In this document: piece after piece, positions 52,320 to 63,736 of the stretch
Numbering within the stretch: position 1 is the first letter of the stretch
How the letters are laid out: each line of letters opens with the position of its first letter
Made by a program: the position numbers and the translations under genes
Assembly (NCBI RefSeq): GCF_006345805.1
Contig: NC_042998.1
Span: 156,302,001-156,366,000 of the forward strand
Origin: Octopus sinensis
Taxonomy: Eukaryota
Length of the DNA: 64,000 nt
Direction: 5' to 3'
The notes under the pieces: model-generated
What the model saw: only the letters and a program-made list of their open reading frames with translations
Told to the model about the DNA's origin: nothing
Databases searched by the model: none

Positions 52320-52724
52320 CTATCTCTCATTCTATCTTACTCCCCTCTTTCAAATATATAAATTCTCTCTATATTTCTTCCTTCTCTCCCTATCTCTTCA
52401 GTTTCTCTCCCGCTTCTCCTTGTCTCTCCATTACTCTCTTCTATCTCTTCAGTTTCTCTCCCGCTTCTCCTTGTCTCTCCAGTACTCTCTTCTATCTTAC
52501 TCTCCTCTCTCGGATACATATAAGGACATAGACGCTTTCTCTCTCTTCCTTCAGCTCTCAGTCTCTCCTCTTCCTCTTCTCTCTTACTCTCGGCTCCCAA
52601 TTTCTCCTTAAGTACATAGACGCTCTCTTTCTCTACTTCCTCCCTACCCCCTATTGCACTATTAGATTAATATAAATTAATATAATATAATTAGATAGAT
52701 AGAAGGATAGATAAAATATCAATA

Positions 52725-53654
52725 ATGTCCAGAACCTGGAAACGTGACGAACTGGCGAGGTTCCTGCGAGGATGGCAATGCGCTGACGGAGAATATCCAA
52801 ATAATATAATTACGGCTGCGCTGAAGAACAACGGATACAAAAGGACGTCAGCTCAAATAGAGCGGAAGAAGCAAGAATTTATACGCTCCTACGCACTTGT
52901 CAGATCGCACATTAACACGCTGGATGCCATTTTTGACAGCGAAAAACGCGAACAAAGTAAAGATGGCAAGGATAGAGACGCAGGCGCTGATGAGGGGGGT
53001 CACCCCCACCTGGTAGACGCCCAGGAAGAAAACTCCAGTGAGAGGCCTGCCCGGGAGATGAACCCAGGTGCGGATGCTCCTACCAGCACCAAAAGCCATG
53101 GACATGGAGATGAAAAAACCAAAAAAGGAAGAAAAACTGAAACTAAAACACAGACAAAGCCAAGGGGCAAGGCAGCCAGGGATAGAGGCAAACCTAACTA
53201 TCCATATGCCAAAAAGGATGGACACAAGCAGCGCACACGGGTATGTAGGTTCTACCTGAAAGGTGCCTGCCGGCATGGAGAGGTAGGTGCAGGCTGCCGC
53301 TTTGCACATCCGGGACCCTGCCACAGAAACCAACCACCGAAAGGAAATGGGATGGACCACGCATCACCTGCCCCAAAACGGAGGTACGCAGATGTGGTGC
53401 GTACCACAAACCACCAACGTGTTGTTGAAAGGGCAGCTGCTGAGCAGGAATCTTTTTTGTGCATGGCACAAAAGATTGTACAGCAGCTAACCTGGCTCCA
53501 TCAGGCTCAGGCTCGCAGATGCGGAATTACACATACCACAGTATGTTGTACTACGGACCGACAGGAAAGAAAGGAGTCATGGAGGAGTTGCTATGTACAT
53601 CCGTGGGGACCTCACACCCCAGGTCCTTTTGTCATACTCAAACTCGGTGTGTGA
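52725..53654 (+). CDS. Family A ORF1: Myb/SANT-like domain plus CCCH zinc finger
   Basis: WKRDELARFLRGW...ALKNNGYKRTSAQIERKK and VCRFYLKGACRHGEVGAGCRFAH. The frame after 53521 is altered by the deletion. Confidence 0.75.
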   Translation: MSRTWKRDELARFLRGWQCADGEYPNNIITAALKNNGYKRTSAQIERKKQEFIRSYALVRSHINTLDAIFDSEKREQSKDGKDRDAGADEGGHPHLVDAQEENSSERPAREMNPGADAPTSTKSHGHGDEKTKKGRKTETKTQTKPRGKAARDRGKPNYPYAKKDGHKQRTRVCRFYLKGACRHGEVGAGCRFAHPGPCHRNQPPKGNGMDHASPAPKRRYADVVRTTNHQRVVERAAAEQESFLCMAQKIVQQLTWLHQAQARRCGITHTTVCCTTDRQERKESWRSCYVHPWGPHTPGPFVILKLGV

Positions 53655-54991
53655 CACACTAATTGTACACATAAGGCAACTTGATGTAGTTGTATGTGCT
53701 ACATATCGCCCTCCAGATGTCCCAAGTCATATGGGCAAGTTTGAGGACTGCCTTTTAAAAATAGAAGAAGTTCTAATCACATTAGAACAACACATAAGTG
53801 TACTTCTCAAGGGAGACTTCAATCTACCCAATGTCAGATGGCCCAAGGGCCTTTCTCTCCCAGGAATGACAAGATGTGAACGAGGACAGGCGAGGTCCCT
53901 CCTGAACCTCATCAACACACTGTACATGGAGCAAGTAATACTCCAACCAACCGAGCAGGTAACCACACTGGATCTTGCTTCACAAATAATATGGATCTCA
54001 TCTATAATGTGAAAGTGACACCGACACTACTCTCGGATCACAACATGGTAGAGCTGACCATGTACGGGCCAAAAGAGAGCACGGACATGCAGCCTACAAG
54101 AAACCCTCAGAATCTTTCCAGCTTGAACTTCAATAAGGCAAACTGGAAACAAATTGAGAAAGAGATCCTCAAACAAAACTGGCCTGAATGTCTCTCCTCG
54201 CCGGACATCGACATGATACTTCAACAATTCATGTCTGTAATGCAAGCCATATGCTACAAATGTGTCCCAGAGAGAAAGGCCACTGTACACAGAACAAAAT
54301 CCCGAGAGAGAGAAAAATTTTAATGAGACGGCGTAAAAATTTCAAATCGCCTAAACAAACAAATTGAAAACAGTGAAAAGTCCCGCCTGAAAATAAAACT
54401 GTTGGAAATTGAAAAATGTCTGCAACTCTCCCATGAGAAGGAAAGAGCAGACAAAGAAGCCTGGGCTATAGACAACATAAAAACTAAACCCAGAGCTTTC
54501 TACAGGTATGCCAAAGAAACAGCTACGGTGCACTGTAGGATAGGGCCACTCCTTGAAAAGGATGGCACACTCACAGGAAAACCAATGAGGGTAAGTGAAA
54601 TACTGAATGAACAATTCAAGAGTGTTTTCACCCCACCCCTTGGGCATTTCCAAATCAGCAATCCAACTGAATTCTTTACCACTGCAGATATAGAATCAGA
54701 GGCGGCGACGATAGATTACATCGATATAAAGGAAGACAATGTAATAAAGGCTATAGATGAAATGAAAACAGACTCAGCTATTGGCCCCGATGGATTCCCG
54801 GCAATCCTCCTAAAAGTATGTAAGAGAGTCCTAGCAAGACCACTGCAGTTCCTCTTTCAGAGCTTCCTTGCAGCTGGCAAACTTCCAAGAAAACTGAAGG
54901 AAGGTAAAATATGCCCTATTCATAAAGGAGGTAGCAGAGCGGGGCCAAGAACTACAGACCTATCTCTCTGACCTCACACATCAGCAAGGTC

Positions 54992-56335
54992 ATGGAACGA
55001 ATAGTCAGAAGGAAACTAATCACCTTCCTTGAAGAAAATGACTTGCTGCCTGACACCCAACATGGTTTCCGACCAGGAAGAAGCTGCTTAACTCAGCTCC
55101 TGCAGCACTATGACTGGGTGCTGAAACAACTGCTCAACCACTCAAATGTGGAAGTCATATATCTCGACTTCGCAAAGGCCTTCGATAAAGTCGATCATGG
55201 AATGATATGTCACAAACTGCGTGATCTTGGCATAGTTGGAAAACTAGGAGAATGGCTTCATGACTTTCTGAAAAATAGAAGTCAGGTGGTAGCAGCCAAT
55301 GGGGCCACTTCCATTAACACGCAAATAGTGAGCGGTGTTCCACAGGGCACTGTTTTGGGACCACTACTGTTCATAATGGCCCTCTCAGACATGCCCTCAG
55401 CCACGCGGAGAGCCACGATCACAAGTTATGCAGATGATACAAAAGTTTCACAGGCAATACAGAACCCTGAAGACACTAAGCACCTGCAATGTGAGCTGGA
55501 CGAAATATACAAGTGGGCTGAAAAGAATAGCATGCAGTTCAATGCTGAAAAGTTTCAAGCTTTATACTATCAGCATGCAAAACTGAATGCAATACCCAAT
55601 GAATACACTGGACCCGGAGGGATTGCAATCCCAGAGGCACAATCAGTGCGTGACCTGGGTATTCACATGAGTGATGACGCGACCTTTCATGTACATGTTG
55701 CTAAACTGACAATGAAATGCAGACGGCTGGCTGGATGGATTCTTAGAACCTTTAGAACAAGAGAACAAGAAACCATGATGGTCCTCTGGAAGACACTTGT
55801 CCTAAGCCACTTTGACTATTGCTCTCAGCTATGGTCACCATCCAGTGTCAAGTTGATCACAGAACTTGAGGCGATCCAACGAAGCTACACGAAGAAGATA
55901 GCCTCTGTGCAGCATACGAGCTACTGGGAGAGACTCAAGAGATTAAAGTTCTATTCCCTGGAGCGTAGGCGAGAAAGATATGCCATAATATATATCTGGA
56001 AGATCCTGGAAGGTCTTGTCCCAGACTTTGGCATCGAGAGTCAACAAACGCCAGAACGGACGCCACTGCGTGTACCAAGGACTCCAAATTTGCCATCAAG
56101 ATGTAGGACAAGATATTGTGATAGCCTGGGCTTCAGAGGCCCACGGCTCTTCAATATCCTCACGAAGAACCTGAGGGACCTGCATGGTGTAGATGCGGAT
56201 GTCTTTAAAGTAGGACTGGATCTCTTCCTGTCAGGTGTCCCGGATGAACCAACTTCACGGCAGGAGGTGCAGATGAGGGCAGCTGCATCGAACTCTCTCA
56301 TGCATCAGATGGCGTTTGCTAAAAAGCATCCGTGA
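54992..56335 (+). CDS. Family A reverse transcriptase (447-aa open stretch)
   Basis: QHGFRPGRSC, YLDFAKAFDKVDH, PQGTVLGPLLF, YADD, DYCSQLW, RRRERY. Confidence 0.92.
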   Translation: MERIVRRKLITFLEENDLLPDTQHGFRPGRSCLTQLLQHYDWVLKQLLNHSNVEVIYLDFAKAFDKVDHGMICHKLRDLGIVGKLGEWLHDFLKNRSQVVAANGATSINTQIVSGVPQGTVLGPLLFIMALSDMPSATRRATITSYADDTKVSQAIQNPEDTKHLQCELDEIYKWAEKNSMQFNAEKFQALYYQHAKLNAIPNEYTGPGGIAIPEAQSVRDLGIHMSDDATFHVHVAKLTMKCRRLAGWILRTFRTREQETMMVLWKTLVLSHFDYCSQLWSPSSVKLITELEAIQRSYTKKIASVQHTSYWERLKRLKFYSLERRRERYAIIYIWKILEGLVPDFGIESQQTPERTPLRVPRTPNLPSRCRTRYCDSLGFRGPRLFNILTKNLRDLHGVDADVFKVGLDLFLSGVPDEPTSRQEVQMRAAASNSLMHQMAFAKKHP

Positions 56336-56463
56336 GGTAAACCGTGTAGCAAACCAAATGGCGGTGCCCCAGCATGGCCACAGCTCATTAGCTGAAACTG
56401 GAAAAATCAAAAATCAATCAAAATATATATACACATATATATATATATAAATCATATATATAT

Positions 56464-56495
<32 letters not shown>

Positions 56496-56514
56496 TATAT
56501 ATATAATATATATA

Positions 56515-56563
<49 letters not shown>

Positions 56564-56564
56564 T

Positions 56565-59500
56565 CTCTCTCTCTGTTCCTATATTTCACTAGAAGAAAAT
56601 GGCAAGAAACTGGTCTGCGAGAGAGGTGCAATTGTTCGTCCGTGCTTGGAGGATTGCTGAGGACGACTCGCCGAACAACATTATTGCTGCGGCGCTGAAA
56701 AGCAACAATTTTTCGAGAACCACCGCCCAGATAGAGCGAAAGAAGAGAGAAGTTATCCGTTCGTACGCTCTAATCAGGCAACATGTGGACACCCTGGACA
56801 TCATCCTGGGAGGTGACGGCAGCAGGGAGGGCCAAAAGGATGAGGAAAGCATCCAGAGCCAAATGGAGAAGCCTGGAACACAGGGAAACGATGACACATG
56901 TCCAGCTTCCAACACCACAACTGAAGACCAAAGAGGTGCGATGGCCGCAAGAAAGGAAAGGCACCCTGGAATTGATGGGAAGCAGGAGGTAAAGGGTGAC
57001 AGAATCAAGGCTAAAGGAAGCCCTGTCCAGAGAAAGCAGAGGGACCCCAGCAAAACTGTAAGGGCAGGAAAAGAAACACCTGCAAATTCTACCTGAGGGG
57101 GGACTGCTGGTACGGCGTCGAAGGTGCAAACTGTCGCTTTGCACATCGGAGGCCCTACCAAAACCGCACGGACGCGAGACAGAGGTCCCTCCCTCAGGGA
57201 GAACAAAAACAAAAATAAAAAGTTAAAAGAAGGGAAAAAAGCGCACTGACCACTACTGAAAGACGGTATGCAGATGTGGTGCGCGGAAACCCAACAGGTG
57301 GCCAGCTTCACCCAGATGTGAGAAGGGAGGCAGCTGAACAGCAATGTTTTTTGTGCATGGCACAAAAAATTGTTCAGCAGCTGACCTGGCTACAAGCACA
57401 AAGCTGGAACTACCACCACATAAGGCCACCTCCAACAGATGTCGGATGGCCACCACAGACACCACACCAACAACACACCACAAAAATATTTCTACTGAAT
57501 GTAGGAGGGCTGCTGCGCGGAGGAAACTGTAAAAAGAAAAATTCATTCCTGAGAGACCTTGTGACATGCAATCAAGCTATATGCATGGCACTCACAGAAA
57601 CGTATCTTGAACCCGATATAGGTGATGCAGAAATACACATGCCGCAATATGCAGTATACGCACAGATAGAAAAGGGAGGAGCCATGGTGGAGTTGCAATG
57701 TACATCCGAGATGACCTCACGCCCCAGGTCCTGCTGTCATATTCAAACTCAGTATGTGAAACTCAAATTGTACACATAAGACAAATGAATATCGTCATAT
57801 GCACTACATATCGCCCACCAGATGCCCCAAAACACTCAGGCATGTTTGAAGACTGCCTAACAAAAATAGGAGAAGTCCTCACCAACCTTGAACAGCACAA
57901 CAGTGTTTTCTTCATGGTGTGACTTTAACCTCCCCAATGTGGAATGGCCTGGGGGGCAGATGCTCCCAGGGATGACACACCATCAGCAGGCACAGGTGGA
58001 GTCCCTGCTCCATCTCACAAAGCCTCTTTCATGGAGCAAATAGTTCTGCAACCAACAAGGCAGAATTAATTACTGGATCTCTGCTTCACAAACAATATGG
58101 ATATTATCCATAATGTTAATGTGATGCCGACAATGATCTCGGATCACAACATAATAGAGCTGTCTATGTATGGAACAAAAGCCCCCACAAGACACACAGC
58201 CTATACGAAGCACACCACCATCTCTCCAACTTAAACTTTCATAAAGCCAACTGGAAGTGGCTTTATGAGAAAGAGATCCTCAAACAGGATTGGCCTGAAT
58301 GTCTCTCCACACCGGACATAAACATGAAACACAAACACTTCATGTCCATAATACAAGCCATATGTGACAAATATGTCCCAAGTGTGCAGGGCCAGCACAC
58401 ACAAGAACAAAAACAGGATCCCTAGAGAAAGGAGGATTCTTATGAGACGACGGACAAGGATTGCAAACCGCCTGAGCAAGCACACCAAAAGTGGTGAGAA
58501 GTCTCGGCTCGAAAGAATGCTAATGGAAACGAGAAAAGTCTACATCAGTCCCATGAAAAGGAGAGAGAGAGATAAAGAAGCTTGGGTAATAGAAAATATA
58601 AAATCAAACCCTAAAGCTTTCTTTAAGTTTGCCAAAGAGACAGCCACAGTGCACCAGAGAATAGGACCTCTCTTCCAAAAAGATGGCTCTCTCACAGGAA
58701 ATCCCACGAGGATAAGTGAAATACTGAACGAACAGTTCCAAAGTGTGTTCACTACACCTCTAGGACACAGGCAAGTAAACAACCCAGCAGAATTCTTTGC
58801 CACTTAACCTGCGGCCAAAGAGACAAAAATTGAGTACATCAACATCGAAGATGATGATATCACACTAGCCATAGATGAGATTGACACAAACTCAGCTGCT
58901 GGACCTGATGGATTCCCAGCGATCCTTCTCAAATCGTGCAAACGAGCCCTTGCAAAACCGCTACAGCTTCTTTTTCAGAGCTTTCTTGCAGTGGTAAGCT
59001 CCCAGTCAAATTGAAAGAGGGGGTAATAATTGCCCTACATTAAGGGAGGTAACAGAGCAGATGCTAAAAATTATAGGCCTATCTCTCTGACCTCACACAT
59101 CAGCAAAGTCATGGAACGAATAGTCCGTAAGAAACTAATCATGTTCCTTGAAGAAATGACTTACTGTCTGATACCCAGCATGGATTTCGACCAGGTAGAG
59201 GCTGCCTAACACAGCTCCTGCAACACTATGACTGGGTGTTGAAACAGCTACTAAATGGCTCAAATGTGGATGTAATATATCTTGACTTTGCAAAAGCCTT
59301 TGATAAAGTCGACCATGGTATGATCTGTCACAAACTGCGTGGTCTCCGCATAGGCGGGAACTTGGAGAGTGGCTGCACAAACTTCCTAAAAGACAGAAAA
59401 CAGGAGTTGTGAGCAATTCAGCCACCTCCAAGGAAACGCAAATAACAAGCGGTGTCCCACAGGGCACTGTCTTGGGGCCACTGATGTTCATAGTGGCCCT

Positions 59501-60376
59501 TTCAGACATGCCTTCAGTTGCTACGATGACCACCCTTGCTAGCTATGCAGATGACACAAAAGTCTCCCACGCAATACAAAACCCTGAAAATATTGCGCAT
59601 CTGCAACATGAGCTGGACACAATATACAGGTGGGCTGAGGACAACAACATGCAGTTTAATGCAGGTAATTCCAGGCCCTGCGCTATTGGCACACAAAGGT
59701 AAATGACGTGAAGACTGGATACACTGGCCCAGGAAGAATTGCAATCCCTGAGTCAAATCAGTGCGTGACCTGGGCATTGACATGAGCAATAATGCATCTT
59801 TCCAAATACATATTGCTAATCTGGTGATAAAATGCAGACGGCTAGCTGGATGGATTCTCCGAACTTTCAGAACAAGAGAGAAGGAGACACTGATGGTCCT
59901 ATGGAAAACATTCGTCCTCAGCCGCTTGGACTACTGCTCCCAACTTTGGTCACCCACATATAAAACAAACAGCAGAACTCGAAGCAATTCAGAGAAGCTA
60001 CACAAAGAAATTGTCTCCATGCAAAATGTCAGCTACTGGGAAAGACTGAAGGTATTAAACCTCTTCTCCCTAGAGCGGAGGCGGGAGGAGAGATATGCAG
60101 TGATATACATCTGGAAAATCCTGGAGGGTCTTGTCCCAACTTTGGCATTCAAAGTTACTCCAACCGCAGAACGGGGCGCCGCTGCGTGGGTGCCAAGGAT
60201 TCCAACATCACCATCAAAATACAGGTCCAGATACTGCAACAGCTTGGGTTCAGAGGACCAACTCTCTTAACATCCTCCCTAAATGCCTGAGAGACTTACA
60301 TGGTGTGGATGTGGGTTCTTAAAACTAAACTAGATCTCTTCTTGTTGGGAGTCCCAGATGAACCTACCTCACGACA
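56565..60376 (+). mobile_element. CR1/L2-like family B, from 5' end to the assembly gap
   Basis: ORF1 56599-57096 (NWSAREVQLFVRAW...RTTAQIERKK), CCCH at about 57080-57150, APE (FLLNVGGL, TETYL) and RT. Many frameshifts. Confidence 0.9.
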
Positions 60377-60476
60377 NNNNNNNNNNNNNNNNNNNNNNNN
60401 NNNNNNNNNNNNNNNNNNNNNNNNNNNNNNNNNNNNNNNNNNNNNNNNNNNNNNNNNNNNNNNNNNNNNNNNNNNN
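60377..60476. other. Assembly gap (100 N)
   Basis: Run of N. Confidence 1.
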
Positions 60477-60553
60477 ATATATACATATATATATATACAT
60501 ATATATACGTATATGTATATATATACATACATATATATATATATACATATATA

Positions 60554-62490
60554 CTCTTTTACTCTTTTACTTGTTTCAGCCATCCGGCTGAGGACATGCT
60601 GGGGCACCGCCCTTGTTGCTACCCTCTCTAAGTCCAGTTTGCCGTGGCTGGCCACTGATCTAAGAGAGAGTTTGTAGCTGCTGCCCTTAGGTTACCTTCG
60701 TACCTTGCAGTGGGTTCATCTGGGATCCCGGAAAGCAGCTTGTCTAGATGTTTTTTGAAAATGTCCACATCCGCATCATGTAGATCTCTTAGTTTTCTTG
60801 GCAGTTTGTTTTGAAACAGCTGAGGGCCCCTGAACCCCAGGCTATTACAGTATCTGCTCCTTACCCTGGATGTGGAAGACGGGACCTTTGGCACCACACA
60901 GTGACGTCCTGTACGGGGATTGGAACAGCTCTCAATTCCAAAATTTGGTGCTAGTCCCTCCAAGATTTTCCATATTATATGACTGCATATCTCTCTCGTC
61001 TTCGTTCCTAGGAGTACAATTGAGTTCCCTAAGCCTCTCCCAATAGTTCTTTTCTTTCATGGTGGAAATCCTCTTGGTGAAATGTCTTTGGATTGTCTCA
61101 AGCTCTGTGGTTAGTTTGACACTATTGCGGTGACCACAGTTGGGAGCAGTAGTCCAGCGGCTTAGGACAAATGTCCTCCATAGTGTCAACATGGTCTCGC
61201 AGTCTCTTGTCCGGAATGTCCTCAGGATCCAGCCAGTGAGTCGTCTGCACATTGTCGCCACCTTCGCGATGTGTGAAGAAAAAGATGCATCGTCACTCAT
61301 GTCTATCCCCAGGTCCCGTATTGATTTCATACTGGGATTTCGATCCCTCCTGGACCAGTATAGTTGTGTTGTAATGTATATGTGTTTAACAGCTTGATAT
61401 TGTAAGGCTTGAAATTTACCAGCATTAAATTGCATGTTGTTCTTCAGCCCATTTGTATATGGCATCCAGATCTTGTTGTAAAAGGTCAGCATCAGCTGGG
61501 TTTTTGATTGCCTGTGCTACCTTTGTGTCATCAGCATAGCTAGTGAGGGATGTTGTTTTTGCTATACCAAGGGCATGTCAGAGAGCGCCACCAAAAACAG
61601 CAAAGGTCCCAAGACTGTGCCCTGTGGCACCCCGCTTGCTATTGGTGTCTTTCCCGAGAGGGCTCCATTGGCTGCAACCATCTGGCTTCTGTCCTTCAGG
61701 AAGTCATGTATCCACTCACCTACTTTTCCTACTGTTATGCCGAGTCTGAGTAATTTGTGACATATCACTCCATGGTCGACTTTGTCAAAGGCCTTCGCAA
61801 AGTCGAGATATACCACATCCACCTGTGAGCGATCCAGTAGTTGTTTCAGTACCCAGTCGTAGTGTTGTAACAGCTGCGTAAGGCAGCTTCTTCCTGGGCG
61901 AAAGCCATGCTGTGTGTCAGTGAGACGGTTAGTTTCTTCGAGGAACGTGATCAGTTTTTTTCTGATGATTCGTTCTATGACCTTACTTATGTGTGACGTC
62001 AGGGAGACTGGCCTGTAGTTTTTGGGCCTCTGCTCTACTCCCTCCTTTGTGGATAGGGCATATGGTGCCTTCTTTTAGCGCCCTGGGCAGGTTTACCGTT
62101 AGCCAGGAACCACTGAAGAGCTTCTTCAGTGGTCCGCTAGGGCATGCCTGCATGTTTTTAGGAGGACTGCTGGGAATCCATCTGGTCCAGCAGCTGAGTT
62201 TATTCTCATTTCTTCTATGGCAGATATTACATCCCTCTCTGTTATGTCTATGTGGTCGATGGTTGTTGTTTGGTTTTGGAGTGTGTGGCATCAAAGAAAA
62301 CTTCTGGTTTGGTGATTTGCATGTGCCCCAGAGGGGATGTGAACACACTTTTATACTGTTCCTTTAGTATTTCACTTATCCCTTGGGGGTCCTCAGTTAG
62401 AGAGCCCTTTTTATCAAAGAGTGGGCCAATCTTGCAGTGTACCGAGGTGGTTTCTTTCGCAAATTTAAAGAAGGCTTTAGGGTTTGTTTT
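60554..62490 (-). mobile_element. CR1/L2-like family D, 5'-truncated
   Basis: Near-identical to 47251-48937 but extends further 5' (NPKAFFKFAKE..CKIGPL). TA arrays on both sides. Confidence 0.9.
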
Positions 62491-62598
62491 ATACATATAT
62501 ATACATATATATACATATATACATACATATATACATACATATATACATACATATATACATATACATATATATATATATATATATACATATATACATAT

Positions 62599-62712
62599 GT
62601 GGCAAGCTGGCAGAATCGTTAGCATGCTGGGCGAAATGCTTAGTGGTATTCCATCTGCCGTTAGATTCTGAGTTCAAATTCTGCCAAGGTCGACTTTGCC
62701 TTTCATCCTTTT
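62599..62712 (+). mobile_element. SINE 5' half (family of 11127)
   Basis: GGCAAGCTGGCAGAATCGTTAGC...GAGTTCAAATTC...TTTGCCTTTCATCCTTT. Confidence 0.8.
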
Positions 62713-63640
62713 CACCTGCAATGTGAGCTGGACGAAATATACAAGTGGGCTGAAAAGAATAGCATGCAGTTCAATGCTGGAAAGTTTCAAGCTTTATACT
62801 ATCAGCATGCAAAACTGAATGCAATACCCAATGAATACACTGGACCCGGAGGGATTGCAATCCCAGAGGCACAATCAGTGCGTGACCTGGGTATTCACAT
62901 GAGTGATGACGCGACCTTTCATGTACATGTTGCTAAACTGACAATGAAATGTAGACGGCTGGCTGGCTGGATTCTTAGAACCTTTAGAACAGAGAACAAG
63001 AAACCATGATGGTCCTCTGGAGGACACTTGTCCTAAGCCACTTTGACTATTGCTCTCAGCTATGGTCACCATCCAGTGTCAATTGATCACAGAACTTGAG
63101 GCGATCCAACGAAGCTACACAAAGAAGATAGCCTCTATGCAGAATGTAAGCTACTGGGAAAGACTCAAGAGATTAAAATTATTTCCCTGGAGCACAGGCG
63201 GGAAAGATATGCCATTATATACATCTGGAAGATCCTGGAGGGAAGTGTCCTGAACTTTGGCATCGAGAGTTACGCAAATGCCAGAACTGGGCGCCACTGC
63301 GTGGTGCCTAGGACTCCAAACCTGCCATCAAGATGTAGGACAGATTCTGTGATAGCCTGGGCTTCCGAGGCCCACAGCTCTTCAATATCCTCCCCGAAGA
63401 ACCTGAGAGACCTGCATGGGGTGGATACAGATGTCTTTAAAATGAAGCTGGATCTCTTCCTGTCAGGTGTCCCAGATGAACCAACTTCACGGCAGGAGGG
63501 GCAGATGAGGGCAGCTGCATCGAACTCTCTCATGCACCAAAAGCAGTTGCTAGAAGCCTCCATGAAGTGAAACCAAGTAGCAACACAAATGGCGGTGCCC
63601 CAGCATGGCCACAGCTCATAAGCTGAAACTAGAATCAATC
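62713..63640 (+). mobile_element. CR1/L2-like family A (A2) 3' fragment
   Basis: Matches the reverse complement of 38613-39560; (AATC)n tail runs into a TA array. Confidence 0.9.
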
Positions 63641-63724
<84 letters not shown>

Positions 63725-63736
63725 CATAAAATATAT

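Larger units (their letters stand above)
52320..56423 (+). mobile_element. CR1/L2-like family A (A1), full 5' end, internal 219-bp APE deletion
   Basis: Pyrimidine-rich 5'UTR, ORF1 from 52725, APE pieces and intact RT ORF 54992-56335. AAAATC/AATC tail runs into a TA array. Confidence 0.92.

Noticed and set aside
52725-52930. Host trihelix/MSANTD transcription factor gene
   Set aside because: The Myb-like segment is contiguous with LINE APE-RT in three families and has no exon structure; it is treated as element ORF1.
56589-57365. 258-aa minus-strand ORF and similar antisense ORFs over LINEs (e.g. 52848-53360, 27167-27502)
   Set aside because: Shadow frames of the sense-strand retroelement ORFs, with no recognisable motifs.
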